Under the pieces are notes generated by a model. That model was not told the origin of the DNA and searched no databases. It saw nothing but the letters and a program-made list of their open reading frames with translations. From Podarcis vaucheri (taxonomy: Eukaryota): a DNA stretch of 64,000 nucleotides. Below, piece after piece: positions 35,630-49,211 of the stretch. The stretch lies in the NCBI GenBank assembly GCA_965113315.1, contig OZ220363.1; one strand, written 5' to 3'. A program made the position numbers and the translations under genes. How positions within the stretch are numbered: the first letter of the stretch is position 1; every line of letters starts with the position of its first letter.

Positions 35630-38600
35630 TATAGAGACATTCATATATTTATAAATAACAGCTACTTCTCCTTTCTGCCCAAAGAGATACATCTGGGAAA
35701 CATTTGCATCTTCCCCTTCATCCAGTCAGGTTTCAGTTATAATAGCCAGGTCAGCGTGTCCTTCCTGGACAAGATCAGAGACAGTAATTGTCTTTCCATT
35801 AGCTGATCTGGAATTTTCTAGTTTCACCTAAACAACTTCAAGGAACCACACAGCAAGGCTACTAGTAACAAGGCTGGGAGATAGGCTGGAAGGAGAAGTA
35901 GCTTGAAGACATCTAACCCAACTTTTCCTCACCTGACACATCCATCCCATCGCCATATCACTCTGTCCATTATAATTCCAGCGGTAGCCCTTTACTAAAC
36001 TACCATTTTCATTAGGGGCTGTGCCAATTCATTGTACCCCATCCTCCTAGACCTTGCCACACCCTCATGTGCCTTTCCTCCTCATGCTGCCACTGAAGCC
36101 AAGCCAGATGAAAAGTCAACCTGGTAGAAGTAACAGCAGCATGGGAAAGGAGCCAGAAGTGGTGGCTGATCAGCCTGAATATTTGCTGCTGCTGGCACTG
36201 CCTTATCCATTCTGACTACTCATCCTATTAGTGGACTACCAGGTGTGCTGGTCGCTGCTTCTGACCACCTTCTTCCATCCTGAGCTGCTTTTCCTTCTGA
36301 GGCAACTCTAACCACTAATTCTAACCACTGGTGGCAGAAGCAGCAGATCCCCAAGCTGGCCATGGAGGAGGAAGGTGGTGAGTAGTGGTGTCTGCTGCCT
36401 GGGCTTCTGGATCCTGTGGGCAGGGGCCCCAGGGTTGGCAGGCAGAGGAGCTAACGGGGGGGACAGGACGACTGCTGATGCCTGTCCTGGCTGTCCCTCT
36501 GCATTTCACCTGGACCACCCACCCACCCTCTGCCTCTTGTAAGAATAAATAAAAATGGGCAAAACATCGTAGATTTATTGTTCACCTGCTGTTATGAAAA
36601 ACTGTAACGTACACAGTAATATAGTTTTCCTCCAAATGTTAGTGTCACTGAGAACATTTCATGCTGGCTGGCACAAAAGGCAGGGGGAAGGAAAGTAATT
36701 TGCCTGCATAGGATGAGGCCAGAAATGGCATTGTGTAGGATCAGTGATACTTCACAGCTGTCTTTTTCCCTGCTGGGTAAGCATTCTTCAGCTGAATAAA
36801 CTCCCCTCCTCTGTGAGTCCCATGATGACTGACCCCATGGGGAGTGGGGTGGGCATTAGAATTGCAGGAAGTGGGGCGGGAGGAGGGAGGGATGAAGGTG
36901 TTTAGTTTCCCTCTCCCTGCAATCGCCCTTGTGTTGCTCAACTGATTAGGAAACAGCTGTGATTGGTTAAAAGGAGGCTGGATTGAAGGGGAAAGGGCTC
37001 CTTTTGAGGAAGAGCAGGATATAAATTAAGTAAATAATGGTAAAAAACAACCCACCACTTTATATGGAGCCCCTTCCACCTTCCTGCTTCTTGCCTAATC
37101 AGTGGGGAGGTTATGTATAATTTGGAAGTGGGCCAGAAGCAGCCTGGCGACTGCAAATTGCAAAATGCCTGAACATTCTTGGAGATTATGCATATTGGTC
37201 AGAAAACGTGCATATTGCCCAGAGAATGTGCAAAATGAAGTTGAGATACATACAACCCCCCTAGTCTCTTGGGAATTATGCCTTGCGAATGTACAAAATT
37301 CAGTCACTATATTCACATTCCCCAGGCCTGTTGGGAGTTATGTATAGTGACCAGGAAATGAAGGATTATGTTCACATTATCCATGAGGCCTGGTGAATTG
37401 CACAATGGCCAGATATTATGCACATTAACTGCTCAACACACTCTCCTTAACACATAGATATAATTTAGAAAGTAAAAGCAATTACACAGTTCTCTGCCAT
37501 CTCACTAGAGATGAATAAAAATAGGATGCTTCCCAAACCCATTTCCACCCTTACTCACATAAACATATTCAACTACAACCAGCAGATATATAAGGCACTT
37601 CATGATATTCCTGTAACAGACCATTAAGGTATAATTAAATGCCAGGGCATTAGAATGGGGAAAAAATCAAAGCAAGGGAAAGCAAAAATTACCCCCCCCC
37701 CAATGTAACCTTCTTTCCATTCCACCTGAGGCATTTTAGGTACTCATCCATCCACTCACCTACAGTCATCTTTATGACCATTCATATTCCCACAATGACA
37801 CTGTGGCTTCAGTGGTCCAATAATTCCGTGGCATTTTCTGCTTTGTTACGTAGTTTGGGAAAGCATTTGAAGAAGTCTTGCATCTCTTTATTCCATAGAG
37901 TAAGAAACACGTTCAATGGGAAATTTTGGATTGCCAGCTGTGCCCATGTAAAGCTCTTACTAAACAACCAAAAATCCTTTGTGTTGCAGACATTGGATTA
38001 TATTTCTGAAAGACATGGCCTAACATTGTATTAAGATAGGTAAATGAGAAATGAAAGCTCTTCCTAGCATGTAACACTTGTTAATGACCTGTGTAAAAAT
38101 ACTATGATTGAGATTATTTGTGATATTTAAAAACTGGAGTCTGAAATAACCCTGACACATGGCAGAGAAAGCCAAGTGGTACTGGATTTGTTTATTTTAT
38201 CCCTTCTGAAAATATTTAAGCGCTAATACTTTAGAGGTGAACTCTGTTGCCAGTCATGTCCCTTCCCTTTTACTCATCCTGTGCTACTAAACAAACTGAT
38301 TGGTGTGAGCCTCCCTTGGTTCATTTTCCTCCATAATGGCTGCAACTTGCAGCTGAGGCCATATGATATTGCAAAATTATTTATGCAATGTTAGTCACTC
38401 GCTTTGGATTCCAGCTCAGTTTTTCAAATCAGAGCAAATAAGTGAAAACCCCAAAACTCTGCTAGCATCCCACACCAGCACCAAAAATTTCTCTTTTCAG
38501 AGCCATGGAAGCTATTAATTGGCTATTCTGCTGATATGACAAGCCCCTATGAAAGATTCAGCTATTTAACTGAGACAGTAAATGGAATAATCTTGCTGCA

Positions 38601-39013
38601 GTTGTTGGTTCCCCTCCCTGCACCCGCCCTTCTGCTATTTTTACCTCCATGTTCAAATGCAAAATTAACCACAGCCGTTTCATCACCATAGCTCAGCAAA
38701 TACATGATTTTAATTATTCTTCTCTCAGTTGGCAGAAGTAAATCTTTAGTTCAGAGAAACTTGCATTGCATTTCAGAACTGAATCCCTTCCTCTCTCCCC
38801 CCCCCTCGATATCAACCTAGTAGCTGATGAAACATTCATTTCCTTATGTTTGCTTTCCAATTTAAAACTATCACTTGCTGGCGACACATTTGCACGTAGT
38901 ACTTAAAAAACACACACACCAACCCCCAACCCCCATAAGTGAGATGTTCTGTTAGGAAGTTAAAAGAATGTTTACTGTAATTTATTTGGAAATAGTATAA
39001 TGTATTATCAGTA

Positions 39014-39481
39014 NNNNNNNNNNNNNNNNNNNNNNNNNNNNNNNNNNNNNNNNNNNNNNNNNNNNNNNNNNNNNNNNNNNNNNNNNNNNNNNNNNNNNNN
39101 NNNNNNNNNNNNNNNNNNNNNNNNNNNNNNNNNNNNNNNNNNNNNNNNNNNNNNNNNNNNNNNNNNNNNNNNNNNNNNNNNNNNNNNNNNNNNNNNNNNN
39201 NNNNNNNNNNNNNNNNNNNNNNNNNNNNNNNNNNNNNNNNNNNNNNNNNNNNNNNNNNNNNNNNNNNNNNNNNNNNNNNNNNNNNNNNNNNNNNNNNNNN
39301 NNNNNNNNNNNNNNNNNNNNNNNNNNNNNNNNNNNNNNNNNNNNNNNNNNNNNNNNNNNNNNNNNNNNNNNNNNNNNNNNNNNNNNNNNNNNNNNNNNNN
39401 NNNNNNNNNNNNNNNNNNNNNNNNNNNNNNNNNNNNNNNNNNNNNNNNNNNNNNNNNNNNNNNNNNNNNNNNNNNNNNNNN
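39014..39481. other. Assembly gap (468 N)
   Basis: Run of N. Confidence 1.
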
Positions 39482-42400
39482 GTTACATAACTTTCGGTCT
39501 GGGATGAGGCTAGGTGGGGTGGGGAGGAGAATACTTGGGGATGATAAAAGAAAAAAGGATTCTAAAAAGTTCCACCAGACACCAAACATTTGCTGCTGGG
39601 TTTTCCACAAGCATAACAGTTGCAATTTATGTTCTTTTGTAGGGAGCTGAAAAAGTTGTGCTTTCTTAGCAGCTAATTATAGAGACGCAGGGTATGTCAT
39701 TTCACCATGCAAACTTGGCTCTGATATAATAGATTGAAAGCTTGCCATGCTCCTCATTTCCTCGCTCTTTCTAGTATTTTCATCTCTCTCATTTTTCCAT
39801 GCAGAGTTTCCTGACTAGATATTGACAGAATGCAAAGTATTTTGGCATATTTGCTCGAGCGAGTCTGTTAAGTGGCTGGCGAAAGGCAAACGGGAAAGGC
39901 CCAAAGTCTTAAGCAAAACCCCAAACATTACAAAACACATCCTGAAAAACCAGTAGGATTCTGAATGGGAACGAATTGCACAGAAGTGCATGTTGGTTGA
40001 TTGTTGTGCCAAGAGTCCTAGAACAGGGAAGGTTAAAAATCTTTCTCTGCCTCATATTTTTGAAATTCAATTACGTCCATCACATTTGTAAGCTACAACA
40101 ACTATATTGCAGTTTGTGGGATTTTATGAAAAGGTGTACCTGTATAAATCTGGCAACACCAAACAAATGTATATCTATTTGGCAGAGCAAAAGTCCAATA
40201 TAGCAGGAAGCAAAGCAGAGGAAGTTGGAAATACCTGTATCCAGCTTCATGCACCCATACACAGATCTTTCTCCTAGATTTGCGAGTAGATTATACCATG
40301 ATTTTGGTAGGGTTTCCCAATAAGCATTTTAAAGTGCAGCCTCTGTAGATCTCCATAGCTGTTGGCAATTTCACCTAAATATAATTATTGTCAGTTTTAT
40401 TTGGATTTCTTTACTGTGTAACCCATCCTGGGACCTTTGGGTGACAAATGGGTAATAATCATCAGTGGTAAATAAAATATTCAATGAGCACTATTTTAAT
40501 GTTAATCATTTATATATAAACATTCTTTTAAGTATTTATGTGTATAACATTAGCATAACTCTACAGATGAGATTTTTAAAAAATGGGCAAAAGCTGCTAC
40601 TAAGTCTAGAGTTGGCCTAGAATTGGAACCCATAACTATTAAGCTCAGCACTTTGCTCACCGATCCAGTCTGGTTCATTGGGGATGTGGTGATAGGGTGA
40701 TAGCCCGTGCTGCCTGTTGATGAGTCAAACAGACATCTTCTCACACAGTAGGAATTCCCCTTCCTCTCCTATTCCATGCATTTCACCACTCACCCATACA
40801 AATCTCTTTAGCAGGGCTGGGACAACCTCTGTAGAAGATTTTGGGGACATTGGGGGAGGGTGGAGGCTGCAACATTAAGTTTTGTAGTGGATTAAAATAC
40901 TTTCACCAATTAAGGTGCGCCAATTCATGGGAAACCAGATATTTTTTAAAAATCATAAGTAATTTTTAATGCACATATTATAAGAACTGCAGGTAGCAGA
41001 TTTGATATTGCAGGAGACTTTCCTACTACTACTCAACACAGGATGGAAGTTGCTTCTAATATAGTTTTCTGTGATGCATGTACCATCTGAAAATGTAGAA
41101 ATTACCCCCACACACACACACACAAAAAAAAAGCAATTGATTTGTTCATCAGAATACATATGTGGATTTAATTCACTAAAAACTAATCAATCGAAAGCCA
41201 TATGATTAATCAGCTAAAAGTTCTTTAATCAGGCGACAGCTCTAGTTTCATTGTATTCATATTCAGCAATCTACTAAGCCTGCTGTATTGGAACTTTTGA
41301 CTCTGTGCCAATTTTTCTTTGCCAACTCACTGAATTTGTCTAAGCCTTCAGATGTTGCTGCCAATCATACAAAAAATATATGCTGCAAAACATAGTTGAA
41401 AAAGTACAAGGCCTTTTGTGGCAACCATGAAATATTAAGGTTCGTTTGATGTTGCAGATGTGGAGAACATGTTGTATTTTTAACATTCATGGCTGCATAC
41501 ATGTACATACTGGGACTATTTTTCAGATCGAGATCAAATTGTTTCACCATTATGCATATAGGACTGGTGCTGTCAGCTGGCAACTTGGAGCAAGAAGATG
41601 CTTAGTCCTTCTGTAGTTTTGCCTAGTTTTCAGTGGGAACTTCCATGCTGCTAAGACTAGTCCATAATAGATGAAATGATATTAATGTCTTATCTCAACT
41701 ACCCAAATCTTAAGGCTGAGCATGGACTCTATTAAGCAAGAGCTCTTCCTATGCTTTCTGTTCATATGCAGTCCCTCATTGTGCATGAATATTAACCATT
41801 TTCATCTCTTAAATCTCAGAGAGGTGCATTTTGTCTCATTCAGTGCAAATTCAAAGCATGTAATGTCTTTCATTGGTGCTCAGATTAAGAATAAGAGTCT
41901 GTTTAGTCATTCCAAAATGTTAATGAATTAGAGTTCTTTTTGATTAGATGAAACAGACTTGGTTGTCTTATTTATCTCTCTAATACACTATCAAAGATTC
42001 AGGAAGCCGTTTTCCTTTGTTTCTTGCTATCCTCTTTCTCCTCCCCCTTCCCGGAACCTCGACTACTTGCCAAAGTTACAGCTAGCCAAAGAGACAAATA
42101 AAATTGCTAAAATTACTGGTGCTTCTGTTGAGTAGAGCTTTTTGAGCAACGTCAGGAGAGGCGAGACTGTTGTGTGTGTTTACTTCACATCAAGCTTGTA
42201 GTCAAGTTTGAGGCTTGCTTTGTGAAGATTGTCCCGAAGTAGATCCTGATATTTAATTAATATGACATTAAATCACATTGAATTGATAAGAGTTGGCATC
42301 TCAAAGAAAGGTAATTGCCCGTATTGGTTTTGTACAAAAATAGAGCTGCTTGGAAAATGTGCAGCTAACACAGACTGTCAACTCCATTTATAGATCAATA

Positions 42401-43416
42401 CGTGAAAACCGTTGATCAGGCAGGCATGTGTAACAGTAACACTTTGCATTTATTTCTTGTTTTTCTACTGCATTAAGGCTTACAGGTTTATCAGCTTCCA
42501 AAATATTTTGACTTCTGCGTAAATATGTAATCTGTTTAGTTTTAATTAAAAGAGACTGCAGTCCTTTCAAAATTGTTTCTAGCTTCATGATCTCCCCCTG
42601 CCCCCTCCCCCAGTTATAGCTGCAGGTAATTTTAGTTGAAAATGGATTATTTCCTTCTTGGAAAAGATCATTAGAACACATTTTTAAAAGAGTATATTTA
42701 GTGGAAGGGCTTTTTTTTTTTTGAAGATTTGTTTTGCTTTCTACTTTGTTCTTTCCTGGGAGAAATATAGACACTAACAAAAACATTTTCTCAAGCAATA
42801 ATGGGCAAGACACCCATAAGATTCTGTTTTCTAATAAAAAAAACCTTGCTGCTTCAGATTGCCTGAAAACTAAAATTATTTTACTCCTCGTGCCGTCCCT
42901 CCCCTGTCATCCCCCCCCCTTCAGGGGCTTATTTTCTTTACTGAACACAGAGACATTGCACATGACAGTCAGTGCACTGGATTATATATGGCTCCTCCAT
43001 CTTGACTTTTACCGTGAGGTGCTATATGACAAAATGGCAGCGTCCAAATGGAAAAAATCTTGGCTGACAGATTGAAAGAATAAATTGAAGGGCTCTCATG
43101 GTTGGTTCAAGACCAGCATTGAAAAGTATCTGTTCCCAGCCAGTACTTATCTCAACAAATTAACATCTGTGACAGTCTGGAGCACAAGCTGAATGCAAAT
43201 AACCATTTATCAAGTGGTAGCCTACAATGGTGTTCTATAACCACTTGCAAAATCAGTCAGGTTTTACATTTTACCAGGTGGTAGTGAGAATTTTTAGTAC
43301 TATTCAGCTGACCATTTTGGGGCCAGATCACACTGCAGTTGACTTCACCTGCTCTGGATGCATTTTTGTTGGGGGCCATTGACAAGTGTGAATTGGCCCC
43401 ATGTATGCCAATAATG

Positions 43417-43983
43417 GCATACACTGCAGATGATGACAGCAGTCACGAAATTAAAAGACGCCTGCTTCTTGGGAGAAAAGCAGTTACAAATCTAGACAGC
43501 ATCTTAAAAAGCAGAGACATCACCTTGCCGACAAAGGTCTGTATAGTTAAAGCTATGGTTTTCCCAGTAGTGATGTATGGAAGTGAGAGCTGGACCATAA
43601 AGAAGGCTGATTGCCGAAGAATCAATGCTTTTGAATTATGGTGCTGGAGGGACTCTTGAGAGTCCCATGGACTGCAAGAAGATCAAACCTATCCATTCTG
43701 AAGGAAATCGGCCCCGAGTGCTCACTGGAAGGTCAGATCCTGAAGCTGAGGCTCCAATACTTTAGCCACCTCATGAGAAGAGAAGACTCCCTGGAAAAGA
43801 CCCTGATGTTGGGAAAGATGGAGGGCACAAGGAGAAGGGGACACAGAGGACAAGATGGTTGGACAGTGTTCTCGAAGCTACTAGCATCCGTTTGACCAAA
43901 CTGCAGGAGGCAGTGGAAGACAGGAATGCCTGGCGTGCTCTGGTCCATGGGGTCACGAAGAGTCGGACACGACTAAACAACAA
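43417..43983 (+). mobile_element. 5'-truncated BovB (RTE clade) LINE
   Basis: Translation EIKRRLLLGRKAVTNLDSILKSRDITLPTKV..VKAMVFPVVMYGSESWTIKKA..RRI.AFELWCWR is the BovB RT C-terminus, with a frameshift near 43650. 3' end ggggtcacgaagagtcggacacgact plus a CAA tail. 12-bp TSD ATGCCAATAATG at 43405-43416 and 43984-43995. Confidence 0.95.
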
Positions 43984-44301
43984 ATGCCAATAATGTTTTA
44001 GATCAGTGGTGGTGGGCAGGGCCCTTTTCAAACTTAAGGCTAGGTAGCCTTCTGATGGCCACATGCCAGTGGTGGGCAGGGCCAGAGGCTAAAGTGTATG
44101 GAGCAAACAAATGTAAATTGCACCCTTGTACAGTAGGCTAGTTTCTACACACCCTGTCTAAACACTCCTTTCTATACTATATTCAGGAAGCAAAAGTCAA
44201 GTACAAATTCCAGCCGGGCAAAAACACTTGGGGTGCAAAGCAGGACCAGTGAGGGGTGTGGCCTGGAGAAAGTTCTAAGGTTCAGGTAGACAGGCCTAGA
44301 A

Positions 44302-44445
44302 ACATAGAATTGTAGAGTTGGAAGGGACTCTGAGGATCATCTAGCCCCGCCCCCTGCAGTGCAGGAATATGCTGCTGTCCCATATGGGGATTGAACCTGC
44401 AACCTTAGCATTATCAGCACTACGCCCTAACCAACTGAGCTATCC
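44302..44445 (-). mobile_element. Short SINE with a tRNA-Ile-like head and a CR1-derived tail
   Basis: Minus strand reads tagctcagttggttagggcgtagtgctgataatgctaaggttgcaggttcaatcccc (tRNA-Ile-like), then ctgcactgcagggg...ctagatga...cccttccaactctacaattctatg (CR1 3' end). Confidence 0.8.
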
Positions 44446-44479
44446 TGGGGAGGCACATTTTATCCCCTGCACAAATATA

Positions 44480-45040
44480 GAATGGGGGACACCTGGTTTG
44501 TGAAAAGGATATATGGGTTTTATTGGATCACAAGCTTAGCATGAGTCAATGCTTTTATAAGCTGTATTAACAGAAGTATAATGTCCCAATCAAGAGAAGT
44601 AATGGTCTTTCTTTCTTCAGCCTTGTTCAGACCACACCGGGAGTACTGTGTTGAGTTCTCGGCAACACAATTTAAGAAGGATGTTGACAAGTTGGAAGGT
44701 GTAAAGAGGAGGAGGACCCAGATGATCAAGGTTCTGGAAACCAAGCCTTATGAGGAATTGTTGAAGGAGCTGGATAGGTTTAGCCTGGAAAAGAGGAGAC
44801 TAAGAGGAGATATGATAGCCATCTTCAGTATCTAAACTACTATCACATGAGAGATGGGCAGTCTTGTTTTCTCCTGCTCTGGAGGGTATGACTCACACCA
44901 ATGGATTCAAGTTACAGGAAAGGAGATTCCGACTAAGCATCAGGAATACCTTTCTGACAGTAAGAGCTGTTCAACAGTCTGCATTGCAGGGGGTTGATCT
45001 AGATGGCCTTTGGGATCTCTTCCAGTTCTACAATTCTATA
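44480..45040 (+). mobile_element. CR1 LINE 3' fragment with internal deletions
   Basis: Translation SALFRPHREYCVEF....[50 protein letters not shown] is the CR1 ORF2 C-terminus. Ends in an attctat tail. Confidence 0.9.
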
Positions 45041-45939
45041 AAGCACAGTATTCAGAGTGTGATTTTGACTATTCTCCTATCAAGCGGAACTACTTCAAGC
45101 TAATTATTTTGAAAAAAGTCTCACCTGGTGGGATGTTTGAGGGCAACACAGATACAGCTTCATCTGCAAGTCTTACATTTTTGAGGTCAACTTCACACAG
45201 TGCTGCACCATAGGTGTTGAGTAGTTTCTTTGTGCTTGAACTCACGGCAAAAGAAACACTGACATAGTACTTCACACATGATCATGTACACTCCCCCCCC
45301 ATGTAAGAAAGCTGACGTAAACTAATCAGTGAGTTTAGGTTTTGTTCAGGAAACCTTGTCTCTAATCCAGATGAAGTTGAGGCCCCCCCCAATTTGCTTT
45401 CCATGTTACAGCCCCCTGGTGGGAGCTGCTTTTTTAATGTGTTCATTCCTGTTGCATTATGGCTTTCATGCTAAAGGCCACAAACCACAACTGGTGTGAC
45501 CCCACTGATATAGTAGCAGGTATGTGAATTCAGGGGCACAGGGTGAACCCATAGAAAAGTGACTTCTACAGCATGATTATAACATGTAAACTTTTCACTG
45601 TAAAGGATGCCCGAGTCAAAATATAAATCAAAGCAATGGTGCTAATGTAAATCCAGTTTGGATGGATTTACTCCTAACTTTAGCGGGATTGAGGTTATAG
45701 ATATATGGTGTTCTTTAGGTATTTTCCAGCTGCATAAAAATTGCTTATTCACGAGCAGTACTTGTGTGGCTACAAGAGCATTTCAGTAGCCCAGCCATGT
45801 GGGCTGTAGGAATGGTGCTGATTCTATAGAAAAAAAAGAACCATATAATCAGACCATGCCCCCATGGTAGGGGGTCATTTAGATATTATCCTGCCTGTAC
45901 AGGAGGCAGATATGAATAAGTGGCTCCCATACAGCTTGA

Positions 45940-46394
45940 AGAACATCCAAAGCTGGAATGTGTGCAGAGGAGGGCAACCAAGATAATCAAGGGTCTGGAA
46001 ACTAAGCCTTATGAGGAGCGCTTGAAGGAGCTGCATATGTTTAGCCTGGAAAAGATGCGACTGAGAGGAGATATGATAGCCATCTTCAAGTATATTAAGG
46101 GCTGTCACATGGAGGAGAGAGCATGATTGTTTTCTCCTGCTCTGGAGAGTAGAACTTGAACCAATGGCTTCAGGTTGCAAGAAAGAAGATCCTGACCAAA
46201 CATTCGGAAAAACTTTCTGACAGAGGTGTTCAGCAGTGGAACACACTCCCTCGGGAGGTTGTGGCCTCTCCTTCCTTGGAGGTTTTCAAACAGAGGTTAG
46301 ATGGCCTTCTGTCATGGATGCTTTAGCTGAGATCCCTGCATTGCAGAGGGTTGGACTAGATGACCCTTGGGTCCCTTCCAACTCTATGATTCTG
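45940..46394 (+). mobile_element. CR1 LINE 3' fragment
   Basis: [51 protein letters not shown]. 3' end ggtcccttccaactctatgattct. Confidence 0.92.
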
Positions 46395-47810
46395 AAGAAC
46401 ATCTACGTATAAGTCAATATGGATGACCATTTTACCACAGATATGACCTTGATATGGTGAAATTGTCCATGCTACGTGGCACGGAATGCTAAGGCAAACA
46501 GCAGAATGAGTCTCTAAGACTGCTGAGGTGGTATAAAGGACTGTGTCACCTTAGACTACAGCTGAGGGACACCAATTTTGAATATTCCCACATAAAACAA
46601 AATTCTCCCTGCAAACTGAAACTAGCATTATCAGGAAGAAAGGCCCAGCCCATTGCCAGCTGTGCTGGCTTCCTATTTGCAGGGAGTTGTTAATACAGGA
46701 AATCATGAAGTCAGGCTACTGCCCATACTGCTGCCATTTTCCATGCATTCTGCTACCACATTCTGCATCATGTGTAAACTTAGGCCTGGTGCCGAGTAAG
46801 AGAAGGCAAAAGAGCTCATCTGGACAGCTGGTTGTTTGCATTCTTACTTTGAAGGGCAGTGGGCTGAATTCTGGTTTTGGAGAAGTGGGGTAAGGGTGAT
46901 GGGGAAGCTAGTATGAAATCATAGCAATCTGAGCATTTGGTTCAGTTTGATAAGAATCACACTTTGTTGTTCTTTCCCTGGCCAGTAATTTCTTCCTTTC
47001 CTGTTTTTCTAGCAGCGATTATCTTAATACTTAAGACACATAGCTTGATTCATATGCAGAGTTAGACACGTCTAAGCTCATTTCTTTAGGGCTAGGCATC
47101 TTCTGTGTATTTTGCTACGTTTTTTTCTAATACTGAGATTCTCCTATTTTATTGATATACTATATGTTATTGGTAAAATAACTGTGCTCTGCATCCGTCC
47201 CTTTTCCTAGCCTGTTGGAGCAAGTTTCAGGTAACTGGAAGTACGGATGAGAAAGGCGTCAAATTAAAATTCCCCTCCATTGTAAATTGCCCCCCCCCTA
47301 TAGTTTTATCCATCTAATTTGCTGGAAAACACTCTAATGGTGTTTCATAGAAGAGAAATCTTCAGTACAATTTTTGAAAGCCAGATTTAATTTACTCCAA
47401 CCCCTTGATAGAAAGGTTAGGCAGTATGATGAAAACTAGATGAAATACTGTGTGAGCTGGGATGGCTGCTCCATCACCACCATCATTTTTGTTTTTATTT
47501 TATTTTATCAAATAGAATGCATAGATTGGATAAAACGTTTTGAAAATTTCCAGGCTCTCCCCTATCCCCTATGTTCTGACATGTCATGCTGTGAAAATAT
47601 TTTAGTCTATTTACCAAGTACAAATTAGTCTTGCCAAAGGTCCTGAAAGTTTACTACTTCTGCTTAGATCCTTGCACTTCAAAGGAGGATGCAACTCTGC
47701 ACATTAGTGATCACACTATGTTGCCGTAATTTTAAAGTTGAACTTAGCTAAATTCGTTTATAATTCACTGCCGATTGAATGCTGCCACAAATGTATGAGG
47801 GGATACTTTT

Positions 47811-48255
47811 NNNNNNNNNNNNNNNNNNNNNNNNNNNNNNNNNNNNNNNNNNNNNNNNNNNNNNNNNNNNNNNNNNNNNNNNNNNNNNNNNNNNNNNNNN
47901 NNNNNNNNNNNNNNNNNNNNNNNNNNNNNNNNNNNNNNNNNNNNNNNNNNNNNNNNNNNNNNNNNNNNNNNNNNNNNNNNNNNNNNNNNNNNNNNNNNNN
48001 NNNNNNNNNNNNNNNNNNNNNNNNNNNNNNNNNNNNNNNNNNNNNNNNNNNNNNNNNNNNNNNNNNNNNNNNNNNNNNNNNNNNNNNNNNNNNNNNNNNN
48101 NNNNNNNNNNNNNNNNNNNNNNNNNNNNNNNNNNNNNNNNNNNNNNNNNNNNNNNNNNNNNNNNNNNNNNNNNNNNNNNNNNNNNNNNNNNNNNNNNNNN
48201 NNNNNNNNNNNNNNNNNNNNNNNNNNNNNNNNNNNNNNNNNNNNNNNNNNNNNNN
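47811..48255. other. Assembly gap (445 N)
   Basis: Run of N. Confidence 1.
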
Positions 48256-49198
48256 CTTTCAAAAAATGGCTTCTAATCCATTTTATGGCTTTAGGAGCTC
48301 TGTCTTTGAATTTACTGACAACTAATATTATGGTAAATTGCTCTTCCGAGAAGTACTGCAGGCTTTGGCAGTTTCATGGGAGCACAAGGTGGGTGGGATG
48401 GAATAGCAGCTCTTTCCCCTAAACTGACATACCATGTGCTGTTGCTGAAACGCCACTAAACTGCAGCCCATCTTGTGAAATGATATGTTCATAATTCCGC
48501 ACAGAAGAAGATGTCTAGTTGCAGGGAGGAAATGGTTCAGGGAGAGGGATCGTAATCAAACAAATTGAGAAAGGTGTCTTAAAACATTACGGCAAAACCT
48601 TAATAGAATTGGCGCAGCGACGAGCATCATTTAGGCAAACGTTTTGAGCAGATGTAGTTGGAGGAAAAGTGGCTGTGGTTGCGGGGGGAGAGGATTGAAA
48701 AGGGAAAGTATAAAAGAAGACACCCCCCTAAAAAAAACACTGCATCATTCCCCCATCGTCTCTTATTAACAAATGGCCACGGCTAAGAATTTACATATTG
48801 AGAGAATATGTTTTTCTAACAAATGTAATGGGGGGTTTGTTGGAAGAGGCTAAGGTGGTAAAGTTCCCCAACAATGAATTTAATGCAAGTCCAAGTGAAA
48901 TATTTATTTACTTTGCCAAAAGTGAGAATATGGTTCTGTTAAAAAGATTTGACAGAAGTAACATGGTGTTTGATGCAGGGAAGCTGACAGCGGCATGGAG
49001 TGAGCGCTGATTATCCTGAAGACACTGTCAGCTAGGATTGATTTCTACTTTCTCCCTTTATGTAACGGTTCCTGTAATACAGCTGACCCCAAATCACGTT
49101 ACCTTGTCATCTCTCTGAATGGATCAAGAAGAGATGAGCTGAAAATAGCTAGGCACTGACCTTGAACTTGCCAGAACAGTGAGAAGTGACAGTGGCTT

Positions 49199-49211
49199 TG
49201 TGTATGTCTGT

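Noticed and set aside
39000-39650. Long poly-X ORFs (also 47738-48325)
   Set aside because: They are artefacts of translating through N gaps.
44372-44445. Possible tRNA-Ile gene
   Set aside because: It is fused to a CR1 tail, shows CpG decay and lacks a paired acceptor stem, so it is a SINE head.
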